Source of the DNA: a virus
Direction: 5' to 3' (one strand)
IMG/VR virus record: IMGVR_UViG_3300045988_114759
Length of the DNA: 64,000 bases
The notes under the pieces were generated by a model. It was given only the letters and a program-made list of their open reading frames with translations, made no database searches and was not told the origin of the DNA. Positions 36,132-44,676 of the stretch are shown one piece after another (position 1 is the first letter of the stretch; every line of letters starts with the position of its first letter). Position numbers and translations under genes: made by a program.

Positions 36132-36598
36132 TGATAAGAAGTCATGGCTTATGCCAGGCTTGCAGGAGCAAAGAGTTGACTCCGAAGAAAAAAGACAGAA
36201 TTACATCCATTAAAAACAACAGCAAGAAGAAAAAGTTAGAGAGCCCGGATTTATCCGGGTTTTTTCGTCTTATGCTGGAGGAGTTGAATAGTATTCGAAT
36301 GTCTATGACCGGTAAGGCTATTCATTTTCCTACAGTATGTAACGTATGTCACATACTTCCAAAAAGGATATATAAGTCGGTTGCCACTTGCAGAGATAAT
36401 ATAGTTTTTCTACATGAATCGGAGCATACGGTATTCGACATGTATCTTGACAGGATGGAATTTGATAAACTTGAAACAGAATTTCCTTTTGTGTGGAAGT
36501 ATGCGGTAAAGAAGGTACTGGATATGGAAAACAGGGGAATGATTAAAGAAAGAGGTAGGTTGATTATTGAAATAATTGACAGGTATAACCCCAAATAG
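36086..36598 (+). CDS. zinc-ribbon protein
   Basis: 170 aa. The N-terminus reads CERCGRK...HGLCQACRS (CxxC...CxxC). Later Cys/His residues follow. Confidence 0.4.
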   Translation: MEKKLYVCERCGRKVMIRSHGLCQACRSKELTPKKKDRITSIKNNSKKKKLESPDLSGFFRLMLEELNSIRMSMTGKAIHFPTVCNVCHILPKRIYKSVATCRDNIVFLHESEHTVFDMYLDRMEFDKLETEFPFVWKYAVKKVLDMENRGMIKERGRLIIEIIDRYNPK

Positions 36599-36945
36599 TA
36601 TTAAACCAATATAATTCTATTATAAAAGTTTAATACATCTCTTTCAGAGATCGGGTTATTAGCCTAAGTGTTGAAACAAACACTACGTTATTTGAGAATA
36701 TATAGTTACCTACGGATGTTTGCCCAAGTCTGTAGCTCTAAGGATGGTGATTAAACAGGAGTAGTGTATTTGACGAAACAGTGTTGCCATTATATAAAAC
36801 CTCTTATAACATTGGCGATGGGTACTAACAGGATGAAATATTCCTGACTTATCCCTAACGGGATTTACATCTACCAAGGAGACCGAAAGGTCTCCGAGGG
36901 GATGTATTAAAACAGATGAGTAGTTTTAAATATATTTAATAGAAT

Positions 36946-37131
36946 ATGGGATATGAGAAAAAAAAATATAAGGTTACGATAGAAGCTGACGATGAAGTTA
37001 TTTTCATTGCCAACATAAAAAGAGGAGATAGTGAGAGATTGATTGATTTTGAGAGAGCGGCCGCAGATATTGATGAGGCTGTAACTGTGTTGTATTATGT
37101 TAAAGAGGAATTAATTGAGAAATTGAGATGA
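36946..37131 (+). CDS. hypothetical small protein
   Basis: 61 aa. Confidence 0.3.
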   Translation: MGYEKKKYKVTIEADDEVIFIANIKRGDSERLIDFERAAADIDEAVTVLYYVKEELIEKLR

Positions 37132-38447
37132 TAGAAGAAAAGATTAAAATATTAACAGATTTAGGGTTTGTCCCTATGGTGGAAGGAGTAGAAAATACGT
37201 TGTTTAGAATGAACGATGTTGTGATGTCGGTGTCAGATCCTAACCAAACACCAGAGCAGTTGAAGAAGGAGGTTATGTCTTTAATAAAGAACAGAGACAT
37301 AGCGGAAAGAGGTGGACAGGTTCCAGTAGTTGAAGAGCCGTCGCCTGAGCCAGAGCAGGCCCAGAAGGAGGAACCGGTAGCTCCGGCAGAGGAAGCTGCT
37401 CCTAATCCTGGAGAAGAAGATTCGAATCCGTTTACAGAAAATCAGGAAACGTTAGAGCCGTTTTATATCTGCGATGAGTTAAAGAAGATCGAGACTCCCA
37501 AATTCGTAAGATTGACATTAGACGGTAATCGTTTTTATGTAAGAAAGATGGACGATGGGACAGCCAAGATATACGCCTCGGTAACAACCATGATTAGAGA
37601 CGGATTCGTAGATGACAAGACGGCTCTTCAAGAATGGAGACAGGAGATGAGGATGATTGGTCGCAATCCGGAAGAAGTATCAGAATATGATGCAGATAAA
37701 GGAACGATCATGCACTACTTATACGGATTGTACCTAACAGGTAGAGATATGGTCTTAAATCGAAGTTTTATAGTTAAGACCGTACAAGAAGGTAAGCTGA
37801 AGATATCGAAAAAGAATCTTGACAAATTCTTTGGTAGCATAGATGATCTTGACGATATGATTGTCAGAGTTATGAAGTTTGCTAAGTTTTGTTCGGAGTA
37901 TAAGGTTAAGCCGATGATGATTGAAAGGATATTATCATTAGAAGATTATTTGGTAGCTACGCCGATAGATGCGATGGTTAAAATGACATTCAAATACAAA
38001 GAAGAAGGTTATTTTGGAGCCGTGTATCAAAGGGCTACGGGGCAGTTCAAAAAAGGAGATCCGAAGAAGGAAGTGAGAGAAGTGGAGAAAGAAGAGATTG
38101 TTATCTTAGATTTTAAATCAGGTGACATACGAAATGAACATGCTTTTCAATTGGAGGCTGAAAGGAGAATGGTTAAAAACTGGTACGGAATTGATGCACG
38201 TATTATGAATTTTTCTCCAAAAAGCACGAACAGTAAAGGTTATACGCTAAAAGAATGGTCTGATAAAAATGCTGCTATGGAGAAAGCGGACTGTGTGTTC
38301 CAACAAGGGATGTTGAATCATATCAGAAAAGATAAGAGGTTCAAAGTGAGAAAAGGAGTGCTGAATATCAATAAGCCATACAATGAAGAGGATCATATTG
38401 TTGTATATGATATTGCTGAGGAAATGTCTAAAAGATTCGTAATCTAA
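37128..38447 (+). CDS. putative PD-(D/E)XK-family nuclease with N-terminal P/E-rich linker
   Basis: 439 aa. Residues ~60-110 form a Pro/Glu/Ala low-complexity linker. The C-terminal segment EIVILDFKSGD shows a D...(D/E)xK-like arrangement. Family assignment is tentative. Confidence 0.35.
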   Translation: MIEEKIKILTDLGFVPMVEGVENTLFRMNDVVMSVSDPNQTPEQLKKEVMSLIKNRDIAERGGQVPVVEEPSPEPEQAQKEEPVAPAEEAAPNPGEEDSNPFTENQETLEPFYICDELKKIETPKFVRLTLDGNRFYVRKMDDGTAKIYASVTTMIRDGFVDDKTALQEWRQEMRMIGRNPEEVSEYDADKGTIMHYLYGLYLTGRDMVLNRSFIVKTVQEGKLKISKKNLDKFFGSIDDLDDMIVRVMKFAKFCSEYKVKPMMIERILSLEDYLVATPIDAMVKMTFKYKEEGYFGAVYQRATGQFKKGDPKKEVREVEKEEIVILDFKSGDIRNEHAFQLEAERRMVKNWYGIDARIMNFSPKSTNSKGYTLKEWSDKNAAMEKADCVFQQGMLNHIRKDKRFKVRKGVLNINKPYNEEDHIVVYDIAEEMSKRFVI

Positions 38448-38453
38448 AGAATT

Positions 38454-38804
38454 ATGAAAAGAAAAATTAGAAGAACCGGGGAGATAATAGACGTAATCAC
38501 CTTCAGTGGTTCAACTATAAGGAGTGATCATGATAAAATACAGTTCTACGACAGTAACGGAAGTGTGATAAATGAGAGTTTAAATTATTATCTCGATACC
38601 CTTCCTGTGGATGATGAAAACAAAGATGTAGACTGGGAACAACGTAGATTCGATCTTGTTAAGGCTTATTCTATTGAGTTTGTTAAAGCACAAAATAGAA
38701 AAGGTGAAATAGATTGCGGAGTATATGTACCAGATGTGGTGTCATGGTCTATAACTATAGCAGATAGAATCATAGAAGCAATGAGAGGAGTTAAAAATGC
38801 TTGA
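38454..38804 (+). CDS. hypothetical protein
   Basis: 116 aa. Confidence 0.4.
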   Translation: MKRKIRRTGEIIDVITFSGSTIRSDHDKIQFYDSNGSVINESLNYYLDTLPVDDENKDVDWEQRRFDLVKAYSIEFVKAQNRKGEIDCGVYVPDVVSWSITIADRIIEAMRGVKNA

Positions 38805-39810
38805 TTTTAGAAAATATGAAAACGTACCTAGGTTTCAACTTGACCGCAGACCCGGCAGGAGCCGACTGAAGCTAACCTGCCCGGCCTGCGGGAAAGGCCG
38901 GTGCCTTACTCCTTATATTGATGTGGCAACAGGTCAGATTGTTGGAAACGAGTTCGGAAGATGCGATCATGAACGGACTTGCGGTTACGATAAACGACCT
39001 ACCGGTAAGGATGTAGGTGACAAAGATCTTTGGATTTCTGGGAATAAGTGTATAAGAGCTTATCGTCCTCCTGTAAACCCTGATGTTGTAAATTACATAC
39101 CTTTTAGCGAGTTTGAGAGGACTGTGGTTCCAGATGATAGAAATACTGTATTTAGATTTTTATCGTCTCTATGGGGAAAAGAAAGGGTATCTGACGTATT
39201 TAGAAGATATCATGTCGGAACAATGGACTTATGGGGATGGAAAGGGTGTTGTATATTCTGGCAGATAGATAAGGACTTTGTATGTAGAACCGGCAAGATC
39301 ATGGACTTTTATATAAAGACCGACAGCCAGGGGAATGAGATTGATGTAAAAAGAGTGAAGGAAAAAGACGGTGACAATGAGCGACCCCATGTCATGTTTT
39401 ATCACTCATTGCATGCAAGAGACTTCTTGTTTAGACAATGCCTGTTCGGAGAACATCTTCTGAGCCAGTATCCGGATAAGGTGGTTAATCTGGTGGAATC
39501 AGAAAAGACGGCTATTATATGCGCTGTGAATAAACCAGATGAATTATTTGTGGCCACCGGAGGGTTGCAGAATCTAAGGCCGGAAGTGATAGATGTTTTA
39601 AAAGATAGAAAGACTGTAGCTTTTCCGGACAAAGGACAAGCATTTGATACATGGAGTAAAAAGATAGATGGAATGATGATGAAGTCAAGGATAAAAGTAT
39701 CGGACTATCTTCAAAATGTTGAAAATGTAGGAGATGGAGATGATGTGGCAGATTTGATAATTAGTAACAAGGTAAAGGAAAAATATCATGAGCCTGGATG
39801 TTTATATTAA
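38797..39810 (+). CDS. DNA primase (zinc-binding domain + TOPRIM)
   Basis: N-terminal CPACGKGRC...CDHERTC zinc ribbon. TOPRIM-like block VVNLVESEKTAIICAV...VATGGLQNL...VAFPDKGQAFD, with an acidic Glu in ESEKT and the DxD-equivalent PDKG. Confidence 0.6.
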   Translation: MLDFRKYENVPRFQLDRRPGRSRLKLTCPACGKGRCLTPYIDVATGQIVGNEFGRCDHERTCGYDKRPTGKDVGDKDLWISGNKCIRAYRPPVNPDVVNYIPFSEFERTVVPDDRNTVFRFLSSLWGKERVSDVFRRYHVGTMDLWGWKGCCIFWQIDKDFVCRTGKIMDFYIKTDSQGNEIDVKRVKEKDGDNERPHVMFYHSLHARDFLFRQCLFGEHLLSQYPDKVVNLVESEKTAIICAVNKPDELFVATGGLQNLRPEVIDVLKDRKTVAFPDKGQAFDTWSKKIDGMMMKSRIKVSDYLQNVENVGDGDDVADLIISNKVKEKYHEPGCLY

Positions 39811-40138
39811 GAACAAGAAGAAAGAAGATCGTGAATGGGTTGCAAACATTACCCACAACATGAACAAGATGGCACAAAGAATATTCGTATCAGAAAATAA
39901 AGAAACGCTATACGATTATGTTTGGAGACCAGAAGAATTGGGTAGGGAAATAGATACCGATGAGATGAAGAATGTACTTACAAAAGGTATATGTATTATG
40001 ATCTCTAAGAGAAAAAGTCTTTTGAGATACGAGCCGAAAAACGGATGGGGGTCTTATGATTCATTTCTTAAGTTTCTTATCGAATATAAAAAGGCGTGTG
40101 AAGATAATTCAGGTTATATAATTGAAGCAAGTAGATAA
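39788..40138 (+). CDS. hypothetical protein
   Basis: 116 aa. Confidence 0.4.
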   Translation: MSLDVYIKNKKKEDREWVANITHNMNKMAQRIFVSENKETLYDYVWRPEELGREIDTDEMKNVLTKGICIMISKRKSLLRYEPKNGWGSYDSFLKFLIEYKKACEDNSGYIIEASR

Positions 40139-40397
40139 CATGGAAAATTACAAAAACACTTTAAACGAGGTAGTGGTGATCGAATCGTCACCAGAAACGT
40201 ATTTTGTTTACGCTATTCGTAATGCTATTCGTATCTCTAAATGCGCGTATCCGACAGCCAAGAAAGTAATTTTCAAAAGAGAGGACGTAGAGGTAGAGAT
40301 CTCAGAAATGGAAACTGAAAGCAGTTTGTATGAAAAGTTTAAAGAAAAACAAAAGAATAGGGTATGGAACTTAATGAGCGCCAACAACGGATTTTAA
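40122..40397 (+). CDS. hypothetical protein
   Basis: 91 aa. Confidence 0.35.
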   Translation: MKQVDNMENYKNTLNEVVVIESSPETYFVYAIRNAIRISKCAYPTAKKVIFKREDVEVEISEMETESSLYEKFKEKQKNRVWNLMSANNGF

Positions 40398-40930
40398 GAG
40401 GCGAAATTTGTCCTTATTGCGGAAGAGAAACCGAGTTGGTCAATGCCGATAAAATATATAGCAGAAAAGGCTTAGGGATGGTTATGATGTGTAAACCATG
40501 CAACGCTTATGTCGGTGTTCATGAATCAGGGCCGAATAAGGGAAAAGCTAAAGGCCGGCTTGCGGGCCCATCACTAAGGTCTCTTAAAATAAGAGTCCAT
40601 GCCGAACTTGACAGACTGTGGTCTACGCCGGAAGAACAGGAAAGGATGTATAAAGATTTATCAGAATTTCTCTCTATACCGGAAGAATATACGCATATAG
40701 GCATGTTCGGTGAGAAGACGATGGGGAAAGTCTTTCAGTTCTGTCATATAAATAAAGAACGATCAGGTTCGAGGATAGAATGGCATAAACCTGGAGATAA
40801 GTGTCCTAATAAGAATAATCAAATAGTGTCAGGGAGTAGTGCATGCAGGGGATGTCCTGAGTATCTTCATGATGAGAAAGACGGATATGTTTGGTGTGAT
40901 CCTGATATGAGCTACGGCAGGTTGAAATAG
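40364..40930 (+). CDS. zinc-finger protein
   Basis: 188 aa. The N-terminus reads CPYCGRE...CKPCNAY. The C-terminus reads CRGCPEYLHDE...C. Confidence 0.4.
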   Translation: MELNERQQRILRGEICPYCGRETELVNADKIYSRKGLGMVMMCKPCNAYVGVHESGPNKGKAKGRLAGPSLRSLKIRVHAELDRLWSTPEEQERMYKDLSEFLSIPEEYTHIGMFGEKTMGKVFQFCHINKERSGSRIEWHKPGDKCPNKNNQIVSGSSACRGCPEYLHDEKDGYVWCDPDMSYGRLK

Positions 40931-40982
40931 GGCGCGAATTGCCTATCTTTGTGCTATTATTAATCAAAAAAAATATAAGCAC

Positions 40983-41261
40983 ATGGGTAGATCGACAGAG
41001 TACTACAGGACTCATCCCGAAGCCAGGAAGAAAAAGGCTAAAAAAGACAAGGAGATAAATGCCAGACCGGAACAGAAAGCCAAACGCCGGGAACTTGGTC
41101 GTAAAAACTACGAAACGGACAAGAAGAAGGGCAAGGGCTGGAGGAAAGGCAAGGATTGTTCTCATACCAAGAACGGTCTTAGGTATAAATCAGTAAAAGC
41201 TAATAGGGGATCCAAGTCGGATACGAAAGGTGACAAAAATGCAAGAGGAGATAGCAAATAG
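40983..41261 (+). CDS. highly basic small protein (about 45% K/R)
   Basis: 92 aa. Overlaps the start of the DnaB-like gene by 30 nt. Confidence 0.3.
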   Translation: MGRSTEYYRTHPEARKKKAKKDKEINARPEQKAKRRELGRKNYETDKKKGKGWRKGKDCSHTKNGLRYKSVKANRGSKSDTKGDKNARGDSK

Positions 41262-42363
41262 GATAGATATAAGAAGGATATTCAAGACCTCTAAACAGGT
41301 TATGGAAGAGGCGTATGAGAATATCTTAAAATACAGGCGGGGAGAACTTATCCCCGCTAAAACCGGATACGATTATATTGACGAGGCTTTGCTTGGAGGC
41401 ATTTTCCCTCAGCATGCTATTGCCATAGGAGCCCGGCCATCTGTAGGTAAATCGTATGTGGCTCAAAAGATATTGAAAAATGTGATGAATCCGATGATTA
41501 ACCCGCAAGCAGAAGATTATTTTCTTGTCAATTGCGAGTTCGAAATGAATCCTCAAGATCTTCTTCTTCGCAGAATGAGCCAGGATATGAAAAAGCGGGC
41601 TCCTGAAATATTAAGAAGGCAAGATTCTAATACGATAGAAGAGACGAGAATGTTTGAAATCCTTCAAGGTGAAATCAGAAATAATATAATATACATTGAT
41701 GCTCCATGTACGGTAAAAGAGTTTGAGGCGGCTGTGTATCATATAGCTACTAAACATAAAGACAAACGTCTTATAATATTTAAAGTCGATCATATTGCTT
41801 TGATAAAAAGAATGGGATTGGATCCTAAGTCGGCTATAGATGATTTGGTGGCGGTAATAAATGAAGCCAAATTAGTGTATAAAAACATATTTTTTCTCAT
41901 TATATCCCAATTCAACAGAGAAATAGAAGGACGGATAAAAAGTCCCCAAGAGCAGCCTCCGCGTCTTTCTGATTTTTACCAATCTGATACGTTGGGACAA
42001 CTATGTACGTTAATGATAGGCTTGCATAATCCTCGCAGATACGGGCTGGATAAGTATATGATATTTGGAAAAGATTGGTATCAGACTCTTGACCGGTTTA
42101 AAACTGAAAACAAAACATCATTCAGGACAGCCGGACTGGTGTTTCATCATATACTGAAGGTAAGGCAAGTTAGTATGGAAGAGCTTACTAATACAATCCA
42201 CCCAGAGATCCTGCCGGGGCATGGATGGATGTACGGGGAGGGAGGGACGAAGTTCGTGAACCCCAACCAGCCGCCGACGCCGCCCAAGCTCTATACTGTG
42301 GAAAACGTTACGAACAATCAAGATCAAGAACAAGAGGTAAAGGAAGAACAGTCAGTATATTAA
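41230..42363 (+). CDS. DnaB-like replicative helicase (RecA-fold C-terminal domain)
   Basis: Walker A AIGARPSVGKS matches DnaB (AARPSMGKT). Walker B-like IIFKVDHIALIK is present. The N-terminal DnaB domain is reduced. Confidence 0.6.
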   Translation: MTKMQEEIANRIDIRRIFKTSKQVMEEAYENILKYRRGELIPAKTGYDYIDEALLGGIFPQHAIAIGARPSVGKSYVAQKILKNVMNPMINPQAEDYFLVNCEFEMNPQDLLLRRMSQDMKKRAPEILRRQDSNTIEETRMFEILQGEIRNNIIYIDAPCTVKEFEAAVYHIATKHKDKRLIIFKVDHIALIKRMGLDPKSAIDDLVAVINEAKLVYKNIFFLIISQFNREIEGRIKSPQEQPPRLSDFYQSDTLGQLCTLMIGLHNPRRYGLDKYMIFGKDWYQTLDRFKTENKTSFRTAGLVFHHILKVRQVSMEELTNTIHPEILPGHGWMYGEGGTKFVNPNQPPTPPKLYTVENVTNNQDQEQEVKEEQSVY

Positions 42364-42376
42364 AAAAAAGAAACGT

Positions 42377-42979
42377 ATGAGACTTACCGTAGAAGAAAAC
42401 GAATACCTGATAAGTAAGTTCCTTTTGGTTCTTACTGAGTTCGCAGGGGATGAAAGAGAGATGTTTTTAATCAACTCCATACACGACAAGGCGGTGGCGG
42501 ATATGAATTATCGTCTTCCGTCTTTAATAAGCAGAGAACGCAAAAGACGAGTTATTGAGCTCCTTAAAGAAGGAACCAAAATAATCAAGGACTTTTCCGG
42601 CTATGCAGGTGATATGGGTATGATTAACGAATACGATCGTTTAAAGAAAGAAATAGGAACCGTCCAAGATCAGCTTGGTGACGTAGAAGGTCAACTTCGG
42701 GCAGCCGGCGAAGTAATCAAAAAAGAGCTTGATATGATTGCTGACCGAATCAAAGAAGATCTTCTCGACCGAGAGCTGGCTAAAAGTAATGCCGAGGCTG
42801 AAAGAAAAGCCAAAGTAGATCCGAGATATGAAGTAGCTTTAGGTGATTATAAGGAGATGCTGGAAGTGATTTTTACAACCAGAAACAAGTATTCTACGGT
42901 AGATTCTGTACATGATGATCTTCGTCAGTCGGTGTCTACCGGTAGAAATTCGATTATCAAAGAAGGGTACAACAGTTAA
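42377..42979 (+). CDS. coiled-coil protein
   Basis: 200 aa with charged heptad-like segments. Confidence 0.4.
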   Translation: MRLTVEENEYLISKFLLVLTEFAGDEREMFLINSIHDKAVADMNYRLPSLISRERKRRVIELLKEGTKIIKDFSGYAGDMGMINEYDRLKKEIGTVQDQLGDVEGQLRAAGEVIKKELDMIADRIKEDLLDRELAKSNAEAERKAKVDPRYEVALGDYKEMLEVIFTTRNKYSTVDSVHDDLRQSVSTGRNSIIKEGYNS

Positions 42980-43207
42980 AAAACAAGGAGGAAATATGGA
43001 AAAGAAGGAATTTAAAGTAGGAGAAGTGTTTGATGCCGGACTTGTGAGATTAAAATGTGTGGATGCTCCAGAGCCAGACTTAGGATGTGAAGGATGTATA
43101 TTTAATGACCACATTACATGCGGGTCGGTAGATGTAGTCGCAGGCCCGTGTAATCACGTAGAGAGGGAGGATGGTAAGGATGTTATTTTTATTAAAGCTG
43201 ATTAGGC

Positions 43208-43921
43208 ATGTACATCAATTTCAGACAACTTGCAGCATCAGACATGACTCCTAATGATCTGGCTAATCTTCTTGCTATAAGACAGAAGGATACGGTTATG
43301 ATCGAAGCCATGCCGGAAGAAGATGCTGGGAGGTATATAGAGCTTGGCCTGGTTGAGAAATTAAAATCAGGCGTGATGAGATTGACCAACAAAGGAACGT
43401 CTTTTGTGAATTATATAGAGACGCCGGAGATGACAGACGAGGTTCTGGAAACGTTGAAGATTATGATAGGAATGTACGAATCATATTCAAAAGACATAGG
43501 TGCCAGCAGAAAAGAAGCAGAATCCAGATTGTGTTGGTTTATGGGTAACACCTCATTCAAGAAAGAGGTCATACTTCAGGTAACGGAATCTTATATAGCA
43601 GAGTCAGGAGATTATACAATGAGCTTATGTAACTTCATATGGAAACCGCCTTCTCAGGCTTTTTCAGTCCATATGAACCTTAAAAATTCAAAGCTCTTTG
43701 ACTTAATAGCTGAAAAATTTAAGATCGCTACCGAACCTTATTTGGAGTCTAAGAAGAATAAGGAAATGGATTGGTTGTTTGCCGTATCTAAATTGCCTAC
43801 GCCGCCAGCTAAAGGCAATCCGGATTATTTGTTTACCGGAAGTTCTGAAACAGACAAAGAGCGATTGAAAAACATAAAAACGTATTTATTTAACAAAATT
43901 AGAAAGCAATGGAAAAAGTAA
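43208..43921 (+). CDS. hypothetical protein
   Basis: 237 aa. Confidence 0.45.
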   Translation: MYINFRQLAASDMTPNDLANLLAIRQKDTVMIEAMPEEDAGRYIELGLVEKLKSGVMRLTNKGTSFVNYIETPEMTDEVLETLKIMIGMYESYSKDIGASRKEAESRLCWFMGNTSFKKEVILQVTESYIAESGDYTMSLCNFIWKPPSQAFSVHMNLKNSKLFDLIAEKFKIATEPYLESKKNKEMDWLFAVSKLPTPPAKGNPDYLFTGSSETDKERLKNIKTYLFNKIRKQWKK

Positions 43922-44150
43922 GAATCAGAAAGATAATAGAGGATATAATTATTACTCAGTTTCTTAATTCGGAAATAGATATAGTTCATGAAGAAGATGT
44001 GACGTTTAAAGAACTTGGATTAGATTCTATTGATCAAATTGAACTGGAAATGATGGTGGAACAAAAAATTCAATATTGTTATTATTGATTATGATATGGA
44101 GACCATCAAAGATATGACTGATCTTGTTTACAAAATAATAACAGAAGGAT

Positions 44151-44645
44151 ATGGGAAGTGACATAATTTTATGCATGGCTTTAATAGCGTCATTTGCTTT
44201 CGTTATACAGTTTTTGTTGTCGATATTAGGATCTGATCTGGATACGGATATTGATATTGATGATGCTTCTGATTTAAGTATGTCTTTGTCGGACATCATA
44301 TCATTCAAGGGCATAACACATTTTATTCTTGGATATAGCTGGACTACCTACTTTTCGGGTTCCCATTTAGTAGGGGTTGTGATAGGGTCGTTTTTCTTTA
44401 TCGTTTTGTTTTACGTATATAAGTTACTTTTTAAGTTAAAGCAAGAAATGGTGTACGAATGTCCGGAAGATTTAAATGGCAGAGAGGTGGAGATAGTGTT
44501 TAGATCAGGGAAGAATCATTATATGGTAAATATTTCGAAAAATGGAAGACAGGAGCAAATGAGAGTAAGATGCTTGTCTGGAAAAACTTACAAAAACGGT
44601 GACAAGGTGAATATAAAATACGAAGAAGGAGAATTAATTATCTAA
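44151..44645 (+). CDS. NfeD-like membrane protein (YqiJ/YuaF family)
   Basis: 164 aa. The N-terminal half has hydrophobic helices (ILCMALIASFAFVIQFLLSIL and VVIGSFFFIVLFYV). The C-terminal ~70 aa has a short beta-rich OB-like tail (EVEIVFRSGKNHYMVNI...GDKVNIKYEEGELII), as in NfeD. Sits directly upstream of the flotillin gene. Confidence 0.6.
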   Translation: MGSDIILCMALIASFAFVIQFLLSILGSDLDTDIDIDDASDLSMSLSDIISFKGITHFILGYSWTTYFSGSHLVGVVIGSFFFIVLFYVYKLLFKLKQEMVYECPEDLNGREVEIVFRSGKNHYMVNISKNGRQEQMRVRCLSGKTYKNGDKVNIKYEEGELII

Positions 44646-44676
44646 TTTTTTTATCAACAATTAAATTTTAAAAGTT

